Of a DNA stretch of 64,000 nucleotides, positions 28,129 through 42,045 are shown one piece after another (positions within the stretch are counted from its first letter, which is position 1; every line of letters starts with the position of its first letter). Both the position numbers and the translations under genes were made by a program. Origin of the DNA: Octopus vulgaris (lineage: Eukaryota); assembly GCA_951406725.2 (NCBI GenBank), contig OX597820.1, forward strand, positions 9,796,001 to 9,860,000. The letters are read 5' to 3'. The notes below the pieces were generated by a model that had not been told where the DNA came from, ran no database searches, and was given only the letters and a program-made list of their open reading frames with translations.

Positions 28129-29231
28129 AGAGGAAAAAATCTATCAGAAAGGAACTCTAATCTTTTGATAAGCATAACAAATGCGCAACCGGTAAAAAGA
28201 ACTTTCACCTAATTAAATCACCTAATTAAATTACTTAAATTACTTAAATTATTTTGTCAGCATTTTCTTCATTTCCTTTTTTATATATATTTATATATAT
28301 ATATATGTAGGGATGCAGAATCACATGTCGGTGCGTGTGTGGGATCGATGAAGATGAGTAGAGATTTGGAGAGAAGATGCAAGCGGGAGCGAGACACTTT
28401 AAGAACACACACACACACACAACTCCTCCACCCCACAAACTACCTTAAAAAAACCCCTCCCTTTTTAATATAAACGTTAAAACGACAAATGTTGAGTTGA
28501 CAATCACCAAAATAATAATTAATGGTCGCAATGAACGTATTGTATACGTGGAAATCAGTTTGGTGCTTTTAATATCATTATTTTTATTATTATCATTGTT
28601 TTTTTCTTCTCTGAAAACAATCGAGGAAATTTATAACCTCGTGACACGCAATCTTATCATTAGTGACCATTAATGACCGCCAGCCACAATTTACAACCTT
28701 GCATGGGAGCTTCTATTTTTAGCAGCTTAGTTCCATCAGTAACGTGCTCCTCGGCTTACATGATGGATTGCGTGCGTCATTTGAGAATGTCAATATCCTT
28801 GGTTGTTTTGTTGATAAAAATGATGGTGATAAAAACGATATTAGTGACGACGAGGTTGCCAGTGGCAATATATACACGCAGTTATTATTAATAACAATGG
28901 ACACTTATCTATTTGCGCACGATTTCTAGGTAAGGAGATGTAAGGAGACATAAGGAGATGGATGTAAGTGGAGCAACTGCTTGGGTATTGTATAGCGTTT
29001 TGTGTGGGCATTCGATGTCTTTGAGTTCAAATTCAAGCTCTTTTACTTCTCATTCTTCCTTGGTCGAAAAAAGAAAACTATTTATATTAGTGCGACGAGT
29101 ATCAAGAGAAAGGAATTATATACACTCGCGAATTATATATACAAATATAACAAAGACACACATGTACCTACAAATATATGATAATATAAATAATGTATAA
29201 ATATATGCATATATACCTACATATATATGTA

Positions 29232-29640
29232 TACTCTTTTACTCCTTTTACTTGTTTCAGTCATTTGACTGCGGCCATGCTGGAGCACCGCCTTTAGTCG
29301 AGCAAATCGACCCCGGGACTTATTCTTTGTAAGCCCAGTACTTATTCTATCGGTCTCTTTTGCCGAACCGCTAAGTGACGGGGACGTAAACACACCAGCA
29401 TCGGTTGTCAAGCAATGCTAGGGGAACAAACACAGACACACAAACATATTCACACACACTTATATATATATACATATATACGACAGGCTTCTTTCAGTTT
29501 CCGTCTACCAAATCCACTCACAAGGCATTGGTCGGCCCGGGGCTATAGCAGAAGACACTTGCCCAAGATGCCACGCAGTGGGACTGAACCCGGAACTATG
29601 TGGTTGGTTAGCAAGCTACTTACCACACAGCCACTCCTGT
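29232..29640 (-). mobile_element. SINE family A, full-length young copy
   Basis: Near-identical reverse complement of 16820-17240. Confidence 0.9.
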
Positions 29641-30292
29641 ATATATACATTACAAATATAAAGTTATATCTTGAGTGACCAAGATATATGATATATTTAT
29701 ATATTATATATTATATATTATATGATATATTTATATATTACTAAACTTTTAAATTTTTAAACGTCGGGCTTTATAGATATAAATGAATATATGAATATGT
29801 GTATGTGTTTGATCTTTCTGTGGATTTTGTAATGTTCCTTTAGTTGTTGCTCGCATTGCCTCCCCTCGGATAAAAAAATATGTATATATACATGCATATA
29901 TGGGTGCAGGGCATCAAAAAAACGTTGAACACAATGAGAAACGAAAACATAAAAACCAAAACATAGAATGCCTTCGAAACGTGGAGTAGATGAAACAGGG
30001 ACAACTGAAGAAGGGGACTATTCTTTATGTTGTATGTCTCGTTTCTCTGTTTTTTTCGTTGTCCGAAAAAAAGTTCGTTTCTATGTTTTTGTTTTTATGT
30101 TTTCGTTTCTCATTGTGTTCACCGTTTTTTTGATGTCCTGTATCCATATATGCATGTATATATGTAGATGTTGGTACGTACATATATGTATGTATATATG
30201 CATATATTTATATATTATTTATATTATTATATGATCGAACGCCTCGCATCCTTTTCCAAGTAAGTTTTATCATACAAATATATACCAATATA

Positions 30293-31181
30293 TGTGGTCT
30301 GATTAATAAGTATCTGCACTGTTACCACAATAACAAAGCTAAAGCACAGAGATTAAAGCCGCTCGGCACAGACTGACCTTAAATTCTGCTGTGCACGCGC
30401 ACTAAGTTTTAACGGTCTAGTTGACCTCCGCTATTTGCAGCAGTGTTTGAAAGGAAGGTGTGTAGCATGTGATCGTCGCATTCACCATGAGAGAGAAAGC
30501 TGAGCAGAGAACATGCATCAAATCGCCAAAGACTTGGCGATTCCTACTCAGAGGCCTACGTAAAGTTTTCAAAAAGTTTTCATCGTTCTCGATACAGTCA
30601 AGGAGATCTTGTACGACTGAAACCCGAGTCTTTTGGGTCGGCTGAAAGTAGTTTTGGCACAAACTTGGCAGACACATGTCCCATACCCAAATCTTCAGCG
30701 ATAATGGACTGAACTGAACCGTAACTAATCTGCACATCCTCTGATAACTCACGGATGGTGATTCGACGATTTCCCCTCACAGCTGCATACACATCTGCGA
30801 TGTTTTTCTCAGTTCTGCTGGTTGCGGGTCTCCTGAACGTTCGTCAATATTGAAATTTTTTTGCCATCTTGGAAACATCTGAACCGCTCGTACACCTGTG
30901 TGCGGCTCATACACTCCTCTCCATACACTTTCTGCAACATTGCGTAGGCCACTGACCACGTATCGCCATGACAACTTTCTCTGCCATGGTCAATGCGACG
31001 ATCACACGCTATACACCTATCTTTCAAGCATGGCTGTAAACAGCGGAAGTGAGCTAGAGCGTTAAAACTCAGTTCGCATGCACAGCAGAGGTCAAGGTCA
31101 GTCTTGGCCAAGTGGCATTACTCTGCATGATTTAGCTTCTTTGTTGTGGCAACAGTACGGATACTTATTAATCAGACCTCG
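30293..31181 (-). mobile_element. Non-autonomous mariner built from two inverted 5' ends, with HTH-region transposase remnant
   Basis: TA-flanked TIRs (cgagg/tgtgg)tctgattaataagtatc; minus frames give AYAMLQKVYGEECMSRTQVYE..FQDG, ERSG, RRITIRELSEDVQISYGSVQSIIAEDLGM..VSAKFVPKLL. Confidence 0.9.
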
Positions 31182-31186
31182 TATAA

Positions 31187-31276
<90 letters not shown>

Positions 31277-32027
31277 CGCGCGTCTATGGATAATCGGATA
31301 TTGATTGATTTTCGTTACGTTACCCTCTGCCTGTGTGAGTAACCTTCAAGTATAATGGTTTCTCTGGAAGACCTTTTTAAAGTAGAAGAAATGGCTAAGA
31401 TTTTTGGCTGCTATTTCTGAACTTCGGTGTGTGGTGAGGCAATTCTTTGCTGAACCCTTTATATATATATATATATATATATATAACACACACACTTTTT
31501 TTTATCCGAGGGAGGCAATGCGAGCAACAACTAAAGGAACACTACAATATCCACAGAAAGATCAAACACATACATATATTCATATATTCATTTATATCTA
31601 TAATATATTTATATATATAATATATTTATATTGATATATTTATATATTACTAAACTTATAAAGTTTTTAAACGTCGGGCTTTATAGATATAAATGAATAT
31701 ATGAATATATGTATGCGTTTGATCTTTCTGTGGATTTTGTAATGTTCCTTTAGTTGTTGCTCGCATTGCCTCCCCTCGGATAAAAAAAGTGTATACTGCT
31801 CATGAGAGCACTACTATTTCCAGTCCGTTGTATATCTTGAGCGTTGTTGTCACTCAAGATATAACTTTATATTTATATAACTTTATATATATATATATAT
31901 CATGTTTTCTGTGTTCGTCCCTTTGTGTATTTCCCGTTCTTGTTTCTTTATATATAATTTTTATTCCTATATATCAGCGGTGGTGCCCCAGCATGGCCGC
32001 AGCCTTCGGACTAAAACATTTTAAAGG

Positions 32028-32078
<51 letters not shown>

Positions 32079-32685
32079 CATGCACACATACATACATTTA
32101 TTGAATGTTCTTCCTAGAGGTAAGACAGATTTTTCATGTTTGTTGTTGCACTCACACGTCTTTGCCAGTATATACGCAGTGGAACTTTACCATAGCATCG
32201 TGTTTGTATCGACTGCTATTTCTAGTAAGTATTGGTGCCTTGTTGTACCACTCATCTGTATTTATATTTATACTTCTACCCTTATGGGACTTTATTTTAC
32301 TGGAAAGTAATACATTTGTATTGCAATATTTTATTTTTCATTGAAAACTTTTTCCCTGTTCTCGTTCTGTCAACGTTTAAGAGTTCAGGCATGTATACTG
32401 GCATTGATGTAGCAACTTTTGAAATATTGTCTAGGTAAATGCAGCACAGGATGACGGATCAAATTTACGTTGACAAACGTATTTGAAGAGTCTGAAACTT
32501 AGGTATTGCATTATCCAATTCTGGGTTGTCCATTTATCGAATGTTCTTCCTTGAGTTAAGACAAAGTTTTCATGTTTGTTGCACTCAGGCGTCTTTGCCA
32601 GTATATACGCAGTGAAGCTTTACTAAGCGTCGTATTTGTATCGACTGCTATTTCCAGTAAATGTTGGTGCCTTGTTGTACCAATC

Positions 32686-33015
32686 ATCAAACTCAACTGG
32701 ACGTCCTGTTCGATCTTCATCTTCAAGGCTGAAATCTCCACTTCTGAATTTTGCAATCCATCTTCTGCAAGTTCCTTCATTCAAGCATTCTTTCCCATAA
32801 ACTGAGTGTATGTTTCGAGTCGCTTCAGCTGCAGTTTCCTTTTTTGTACTCATAAAGCATTATGTACCTCAAATGCTCTTTGGATACTTCTATGTTAGAA
32901 AGGGTTTTAATCAAAGAAATTTTTATTCTATTATTCAGTAAAATAATATTTAATTAGTTTAAATGCACACAAATGCATAAAAATAATTTTTAATTCCATT
33001 AGACATTCAAATGCT
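32686..33015 (-). pseudogene. Second mariner transposase N-terminal fragment (Hsmar1/Mos1-type HTH), frameshifted
   Basis: AAEATRNIHSVYGKECLNEGTCRRWIAKFRSGDFSLEDEDRTGRPVEFDD; 2-bp deletion relative to unit 2. Confidence 0.85.
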
Positions 33016-33145
33016 AAACTAATACATCTGTTTGTTGTCTACACCACCTGTCATTGTCTTTTGTTTTTTTTTTGTGAATTCTCCCCTATATAAATATGTA
33101 TGTATGTATACGTAAATACATACATACATACATACATACATACAT

Positions 33146-33200
<55 letters not shown>

Positions 33201-33204
33201 CATA

Positions 33205-33510
33205 TATATCACCGTGATCACCGTGACCGATCAGGCTATCAGATGTTGCTACACATCGCTGGTCACAATGCGTTTCGCATTGTTTTAGCCTTCAAATGAC
33301 GCCACCCCGCTGGCTAAGCGAGCAGACCAACAGAAGAAAGAGTGAGAGAAAAGTTGTGGCGAAAGAATACAGCAGGGATCGCCCCGTCCCCCCCCCCCCG
33401 CCGGAGCCTCGCTCAATAAACACACACAACGTTCGGTCAGGGAATCGAAACCGCAATCCTACGACCGCGAGTCCGCTGCTCTAACCACTGGGCCATTGCG
33501 CCTCCACACA
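33205..33510 (-). mobile_element. SINE B head + tail 3 (duplicate at about 37160-37458)
   Basis: B head (rc gtggaggcgcaatggcccagtgg); tail shared with 51370-51490. Confidence 0.75.
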
Positions 33511-34266
33511 CACACACGCACACACACGCACACACACACACACACACACACAGACATATATATATGAATGTATGTATGTGCTTGTGCGTTCGTGTGTGTA
33601 ACGTTTGTAATATATATAACGAATACATATATTGATATATGGATATTAATGTCTCGAAAGCGCTCAATAGCAAAAATGTGAATAATATATATTTGTAAAT
33701 CTAGATTGTTGCTTGCAGCATATTTAAATATTTAATTTAACAGACATCACGTACATGCACATACATGCACGAACGCACACAAACACACATACTCACAGAC
33801 ACACGAAAACACATACATACACAACCCTCCACCACACAGACACCCGCGCAGATATGTATATATACATGCATATATGGGTGCAGGGCATCAAAAAAACGTT
33901 GAACACAATGAGAAACGAAAACATAAAAACCAAAACATAGAATGCCTTCGAAACGTGGAGTAGATGAAACAGGGACAACTGAAGAAGGGGACTATTCTTT
34001 ATGTTGTATGTCTCGTTTCTCTGTTTTTTTCGTTGTCCGAAAAAAAATTCGTTTCTATGTTTTTGTTTTTATGTTTTCGTTTCTCATTGTGTTCACCGTT
34101 TTTTTGATGTCCTGTATCCATATATGCATGTATATATGTAGATGTTGGTACGTACATATATGTATGTATATATGCATATATTTATATATTATTTATATTA
34201 TTATATGATCGAACGCCTCGCATCCTTTTCCAAGTAAGTTTTATCATACAAATATATACCAATATA

Positions 34267-35154
34267 TGTGGTCTGATTAATAAGTATCTGCACTGTTACC
34301 ACAATAACAAAGCTAAAGCACAGAGATTAAAGCCGCTCGGCACAGACTGACCTTAAATTCTGCTGTGCACGCGCACTAAGTTTTAACGGTCTAGTTGACC
34401 TCCGCTATTTGCAGCAGTGTTTGAAAGGAAGGTGTGTAGCATGTGATCGTCGCATTCACCATGAGAGAGAAAGCTGAGCAGAGAACATGCATCAAATCGC
34501 CAAAGACTTGGCGATTCCTACTCAGAGGCCTACGTAAAGTTTTCAAAAAGTTTTCATCGTTCTCGATACAGTCAAGGAGATCTTGTACGACTGAAACCCG
34601 AGTCTTTTGGGTCGGCTGAAAGTAGTTTTGGCACAAACTTGGCAGACACATGTCCCATACCCAAATCTTCAGCGATAATGGACTGAACTGAACCGTAAAT
34701 AATCTGCACATCCTCTGATAACTCACGGATGGTGATTCGACGATTTCCCCTCACAGCTGCATACACATCTGCGATGTTTTTCTCAGTTCTGCTGGTTGCG
34801 GGTCTCCTGAACGTTCGTCAATATTGAAATTTTTTGCCATCTTGGAAACATCTGAACCACTCGTACACCTGTGTGCGGCTCATACACTCCTCTCCATAAA
34901 CTTTCTGCTGCATTGCGTAGGCCACTGACCACGTATCGCCATGACAACTTTCTCTCTCATGGTCAATGCAACGATCACACGCAATACACCTATCTTCCAA
35001 GCATGGCTGTAAACAGCGGAAGTGAGGTAGAGCGTTAAAACTCAGTTCGCATGCACAGCAGAGGTCAAGGTCAGTCTTGGCCAAGTGGCATTACTCTGCA
35101 TGATTTAGCTTCTTTGTTGTGGCAACAGTACGGATACTTATTAATCAGACCTCG
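34267..35154 (-). mobile_element. Duplicate of the double-5'-end mariner
   Basis: Same structure in duplication unit 2. Confidence 0.9.
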
Positions 35155-35252
<98 letters not shown>

Positions 35253-35429
35253 CGCGTCTATGGATAATCGGATATTGATTGATTTTCGTTACGTTACCCT
35301 CTGCCTGTGTGAGTAACCTTCAAGTATAATGGTTTCTCTGGAAGACCTTTTAAAGTAGAAGAAATGGCTAAGATTTTTGGCTGCTATTTCTGAACTTCGG
35401 TGTGTGGTGAGGCAATTCTTTGCTGAACC

Positions 35430-35460
<31 letters not shown>

Positions 35461-35971
35461 ACACACACTTTTTTTATCCGAGGGAAGATCAAACACTAAA
35501 TACACAGAAAGATAAACACATATATTCATATATTCATTTATATCTATAATATATTTATATATATAATATATTTATATTGATATATTTATATATTACTAAA
35601 CTTATAAATTTTTAAACGTCGGGCTTTATAGATATAAATGAATATATGAATATATGTATGCGTTTGATCTTTCTGTGGATTTTGTAATGTTCCTTTAGTT
35701 GTTGCTCGCATTGCCTCCCCTCGGATAAAAAAGTGTATACTGCTCATGAGAGCACTACTATTTCCAGTCCGTTGTATATCTTGAGCGTTGTTGTCACTCA
35801 AGATATAACTTTATATTTATATAACTTTATATATATATATATATCATGTTTTCTGTGTTCGTCCCTTTGTGTATTTCCCGTTCTTGTTTCTTTATATATA
35901 ATTTTTATTCCTATATATCAGCGGTGGTGCCCCAGCATGGCCGCAGCCTTCGGACTAAAACATTTTAAAGG

Positions 35972-36026
<55 letters not shown>

Positions 36027-36635
36027 CATGCACACATACATACATTTATTGAATGTTCTTCCTAGAGGTAAGACAGATTTTTCATGTTTGTTGTTGCACT
36101 CACACGTCTTTGCCAGTATATACGCAGTGGAACTTTACCATAGCATCGTGTTTGTATCGACTGCTATTTCTAGTAAGTATTGGTGCCTTGTTGTACCACT
36201 CATCTGTATTTATATTTATACTTCTACCCTTATGGGACTTTATTTTACTGGAAAGTAATACATTTGTATTGCAATATTTTATTTTTCATTGAAAACTTTT
36301 TCCCTGTTCTCGTTCTGTCAACGTTTAAGAGTTCAGGCATGTATATACTGGCATTGATGTAGCAACTTTTGAAATATTGTCTAGGTAAATGCAGCACAGG
36401 ATGACGGATCAAATTTACGTTGACAAACGTATTTGAAGAGTCTGAAACTTAGGTATTGCATTATCCAATTCTGGGTTGTCCATTTATCGAATGTTCTTCC
36501 TTGAGTTAAGACAAAGTTTTCATGTTTGTTGCACTCAGGCGTCTTTGCCAGTATATACGCAGTGAAGCTTTACTAAGCGTCGTATTTGTATCGACTGCTA
36601 TTTCCAGTAAATGTTGGTGCCTTGTTGTACCAATC

Positions 36636-36965
36636 ATCAAACTCAACTGGACGTCCTGTTCGATCTTCATCTTCAAGGCTGAAATCTCCACTTCTGAATT
36701 TTGCAATCCATCTTCTGCAAGTTCCTTCATTCAAGCATTCTTTCCCATAAACTGAGTGTATGTTTCGAGTCGCTTCAGCTGCAGAGTTTCCTTTTTTGTA
36801 CTCATAAAGCATTATGTACCTCAAATGCTCTTTGGATACTTCTATGTTAGAAAGGGTTTTAATCAAAGAAATTTTTATTCTATTATTCAGTAAAATAATA
36901 TTTAATTAGTTTAAATGCACACAAATGCATAAAAATAATTTTTAATTCCATTAGACATTCAAATG
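36636..36965 (-). pseudogene. Duplicate of the second mariner fragment, HTH in frame but truncated before the catalytic domain
   Basis: ORF 36573-36866 KEHLRYIMLYEYKKGNSAAEATRNI...GRPVEFDD, then unrelated sequence. Confidence 0.85.
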
Positions 36966-37091
36966 CTAAACTAATACATCTGTTTGTTGTCTACACCACC
37001 TGTCATTGTTTTTTGTTTTTTTTGTGAATTCTCCCCTATATAAATATGTATGTATGTATACGTAAATACATACATACATACATACATACAT

Positions 37092-37150
<59 letters not shown>

Positions 37151-38424
37151 CACATATATATCACCGTGATCACCGTGACCGATCAGGCTATCAGATGTTG
37201 CTACACATCGCTGGTCACAATGCGTTTCGCATTGTTTTAGCCTTCAAATGACGCCACCCCGCTGGCTAAGCGAGCAGACCAACAGAAGAAAGAGTGAGAG
37301 AAAAGTTGTGGCGAAAGAATACAGCAGGGATCGCCCCTTCCCCCCCCCCCGCCGGAGCCTCGCTCAATAAACACACACAACGTTCGGTCAGGGAATCGAA
37401 AGCGCAATCCTACGACCGCGAGTCCGCTGCTCTAACCACTGGGCCATTGCGCCTCCATACACACACACACACACACACGCACACACACACACACACACAC
37501 ACAGAGACATATATATATGAATGTATGTATGTGCTTGTGCGTTCGTGTGTGTAACGTTTGTAATATATATAACGAATACATATATTGATATATGGATATT
37601 AATGTCTCGAAAGCGCTCAATATCTTGAGATGAGGTTCGCAAAAATGTGAATAATAAATATTTGTAAATCTAGATTGTTGCTTGCAGCATATTTAAATAT
37701 TTAATTTAACAGACATCACGTACATGCACATACATGCACGAACGCACACAAACACACATACTCACAGACACACGAAAACACATACATACACAACCCTCCA
37801 CCACACAGACACCCGCGCAGACATGTGCCCACGCATATACACAGACGCACCATATAGACTCACAGACATACACGCACAGGCACACCACATGCACATACAT
37901 ACACACGTACACAAAGGTGTTAGGCTTCATGTCTTGCTTAGTTCACGACTCTACTTCGTTACAGGGTCGTAAACAAACCAGCACCGGTTGTTAAGCGGTG
38001 GATTTGTGGAGGTAGACACAAACACATACGCGACATATACAACAGGCTTCTTTATACAATAGTTTCCGTCAACCAAATTCACTCCTATGGCTTTAGTAGA
38101 AGAGACTTGCCCAAGTTGCCACGCAGTGGGATTGAACCTACAACAATATGGTTGCAAGCCGAGCTTCCTGACCACACAGCCATGTCTTATAAGCATCTCA
38201 CATTCAGTATAAAACTGTTAAAGAAATATTTGAATAAATGATTTTTGTATTTCAATTTTAAAGCAAAGGGAAGCGGCTTGGTACCGGGTGTCGGGTGGGC
38301 AGACAAATGATAAATGGAATGGCGCTAAGTGTAGGGTGGCTAGACGAATGCCTTGTGGTATTATTTAGTTAAGTTACATTCCATTCATCGAATAAATCAA
38401 TGGTTTTTCAAAATAATGCGACGG

Positions 38425-38885
<461 letters not shown>

Positions 38886-39257
38886 GTTTTTCACCCGGAG
38901 CCATGAATACATAGAGATCGATTCAACTTAGTTAAGTTAGAACTCATTATCGTTGTTGTTGTTGTCGTTGCTGTCGTTGCTGTCGTTGCTGTCGTCATAT
39001 TACTTTTGTTGTCGTTTGGTTTCTTAATGGCGGAGATGTGTCTTAATTGAAAACAATATATAAAAAGATTGACTCGGCGATCTAAGTTGCCGCACGGACA
39101 GACATACCATTGTGTGATGATGACGACGACGATGATGATGATGACGACGATGAGGAGGAAGACGAGGAGGAGGCAGAGGAAGTGGTCGTGAAGGAATAGG
39201 TAATGATGACAACGACGACGATGACAATGCTGTGAGGATACTGATGCTGATGTATTA

Positions 39258-39329
<72 letters not shown>

Positions 39330-39456
39330 GTGATTATAATGCCTATAATCACAGGCTTTCTTTAAAAAGAAAAACACCAAAAAGAGATGCAAATATGGAT
39401 AAACAAAGGATTTAGAAGAATCGACGAAAGTGGAAGTAAGGGCAAGCATTACTCAC

Positions 39457-39498
39457 CTGCGTAGCCTGACTGTCCCGAGCATGTGTTGAGGAAAGTAC
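39457..39498 (-). CDS. 42-bp phase 1-1 coding exon, probably the end of a signal peptide, upstream of the 14-256 exon
   Basis: Minus strand reads tttttatttttgtAG|GTACTTTCCTCAACACATGCTCGGGACAGTCAGGCTACGCAG|GTGAGT, with a strong polypyrimidine acceptor and a consensus donor. Phase-1 translation xTFLNTCSGQSGYA joins in frame (G+AA = E) to EPDTCG of the 14-256 exon. Confidence 0.6.
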
Positions 39499-40033
39499 CT
39501 ACAAAAATAAAAATATAACAGGAATTAGAAAACAGCCTAAAAGAAATTGCGGAAATATACATATAACTTAGTGGTTCGGCAAACGGGTCCGATAAAATAA
39601 ATACCGGTTTAAGGAAAACAAATTTAAGTACTGGTGTCTATTCGTTCGACTTAAATTCTTCTAGGGGGTGCCCCAGCTTGGCCGCAGTCTAATCACTGAA
39701 ACAGCGTTGTGTTTCCTGGCGGTGGTTATTGTAATCACTTCAGATTAGTCCTGAAAAGTTTGAATTTTAAATGGAAAAGTAACGACGATGAGCAGACGAT
39801 ACGAGCAGACGATACGAGCAGACGATACGAGCTGGTAGAATCGTTAGCACGCATGGCAAAATACTTAACGGCATTTCGTATGCCTTCTGGTTCTGAGTTC
39901 AAATTCTGCAGAGGTCGACTTTGTCTTTCATCCTTTCGGGGTGGATAAAATAAGTACTAGTCGAACACCGGGGTCGATGCAATCGACTTACCCTTCCTTG
40001 TGTCAAAACTCAAAATTTTTATTATTATTATTA

Positions 40034-40113
<80 letters not shown>

Positions 40114-40221
40114 CATTTTAAAATAAAATATGGTCCGTTGTCTTCTACAACTTTTTTCTGTTATTGCCTGGACCGATCAAAGCCTTGTTAGTGGATTTGG
40201 TAAACAGAAACTGAAAGAAGT

Positions 40222-40409
<188 letters not shown>

Positions 40410-41524
40410 CCACCACTGACTAACAACTGATGTTGGTTTGATGATATCGCTGTTACTTAGCAGTTTGGCCAGAGAAAACGATAGAATAAGTACTAGAACT
40501 TAAAAATAAATACTGGGCTCAATTTGTTTGAATAAAACCCTTAAATCTGTGCCCTCGAATGCCTACAGTCGAGTAACTGAAACAGGTGAAATGTAAAAGG
40601 TTGGTAGCCTTGTAAGGCACCATTTCATCCTTATTTGAAACCATCAGCATAACATAACCCTAGATAAATGAAGCACACTAAATTAAACATTTTACGAAGC
40701 TAGAAAGTTTAGAAGACACTCAAGGAATATGTGTTTGTTTGTTATTTTTCTTCATAGATCGTTAATATTTCAGCAACTGAGAAAGAAGAGAGAGAAAAGT
40801 ACTCCCATATCTACAAATCCTTCGATGAATGTTTTTTGGGTGAATATGTAATACAAAATTGTGTAACGCTCGTGATTTTTTCTTATAAGTGAAGTTGTTT
40901 TCTTAAGAAATCAAAACAGAGTTGGAAATCCATTGCTGTGAAAATATATATTTATTCTTGCGATGTTTATTTTGAACCTACAATAAAATAATTGTTTCTG
41001 ACATTGGAATGAATCTTGAGATATTTTTAGGGAAAGAGAAAATGCAAATAGATACATCAGTGAAGTGATTCGTTGCTGATTTATTAAAAAAAATTACCTC
41101 TATCTTCTATATTAAACCTGCATAATAATGATTTCACAAATGTATTTTACTTAAAATAGGCAAAACAGATCTTGGCAAGTAAATATACACAACTAAAACT
41201 TGGAAGCTATTTGGTTGCTAGCAAGAATGAACGAATAGCATTTAGTATTCAGCACGACATGGCGCTAGTTTTTACTGCAGAACTGATCATCCTTATAATA
41301 TCAAATTTGCGATTGTTGCAGATTAATGGGAGAATGTTTAGAATAGAAGACATTATATTTGTCAACTGAAAACAAGTAGCATGATTAGCGGACTGTTCGT
41401 TGTATTTAATATATATCTACTATATAATACATATCTACTATTTGTCGCTGATTATTCTGTAGAAAAGGAAACTAGTTGTTGTTTGGCCAAGTTAACGCTG
41501 ACCAACACATCTCTGATCAAAAGC

Positions 41525-42045
41525 TCTCCAGCCATAACAGTCACACGGTTTTAGGTGCATAACTACATTAAGTGTATAACTACCTGTAGGTTTTCAATTT
41601 CAGTAGGATTTTTGAGCAGATAATGCAGCAAGGTAGAAGCTCTCTTATTGGTTCTTTGGATAACAGGTGGTTCAGACACGATCAAAAACCTTCCAGCTAT
41701 GATCATCTCATCTTTTAGGTGTACAGCAGTATTATCTAATGCTCGATAGCGGATGCATTTGAATAGGATTTCCAGCAGATCATGAAACCAGGTAGATACT
41801 CTATTATTGGTTCGTTGGGATTCAGGTGGTTCAGATATTCCAGTTACCCAAGTGCAGAATGACCAAAAATCTTTCCAGCCAGCTATGACCACCTCGTAGT
41901 TTTAGGTGTATAACAACATAATTTAAAACCCGGTAGGATGTGAATTTGAGGCAGAATTTTAACAAATCGAACAACAAAGTAGAAACTCTCTCATGAGCAC
42001 GTTGGGTATCCCGTAGTTTAGATAATCCAGTTACCCAAGTGCAGA
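41525..42045. repeat. Degenerate tandem repeat, about 3 units of ~160-190 bp
   Basis: Recurring ccagc.at.a...ttttaggtg, gtaga..ctct, ggtggttcaga and tccagttacccaagtgcaga. Confidence 0.7.

Larger units (their letters stand above)
29879..37820. repeat. Tandem duplication of a ~3.97 kb unit (29879-33852 and 33853-37820)
   Basis: Colinear ORFs offset by about 3974 bp (29968 vs 33942); both units end in cacccgcgcaga; a few substitutions and indels. Confidence 0.95.

Noticed and set aside
28700-28935. Plus-strand exon with donor tag|gtaagg and an 'ILGCFVD' WSC-like peptide
   Set aside because: That frame stops at the donor, the other frames contain stops, and the remaining WSC cysteines are absent
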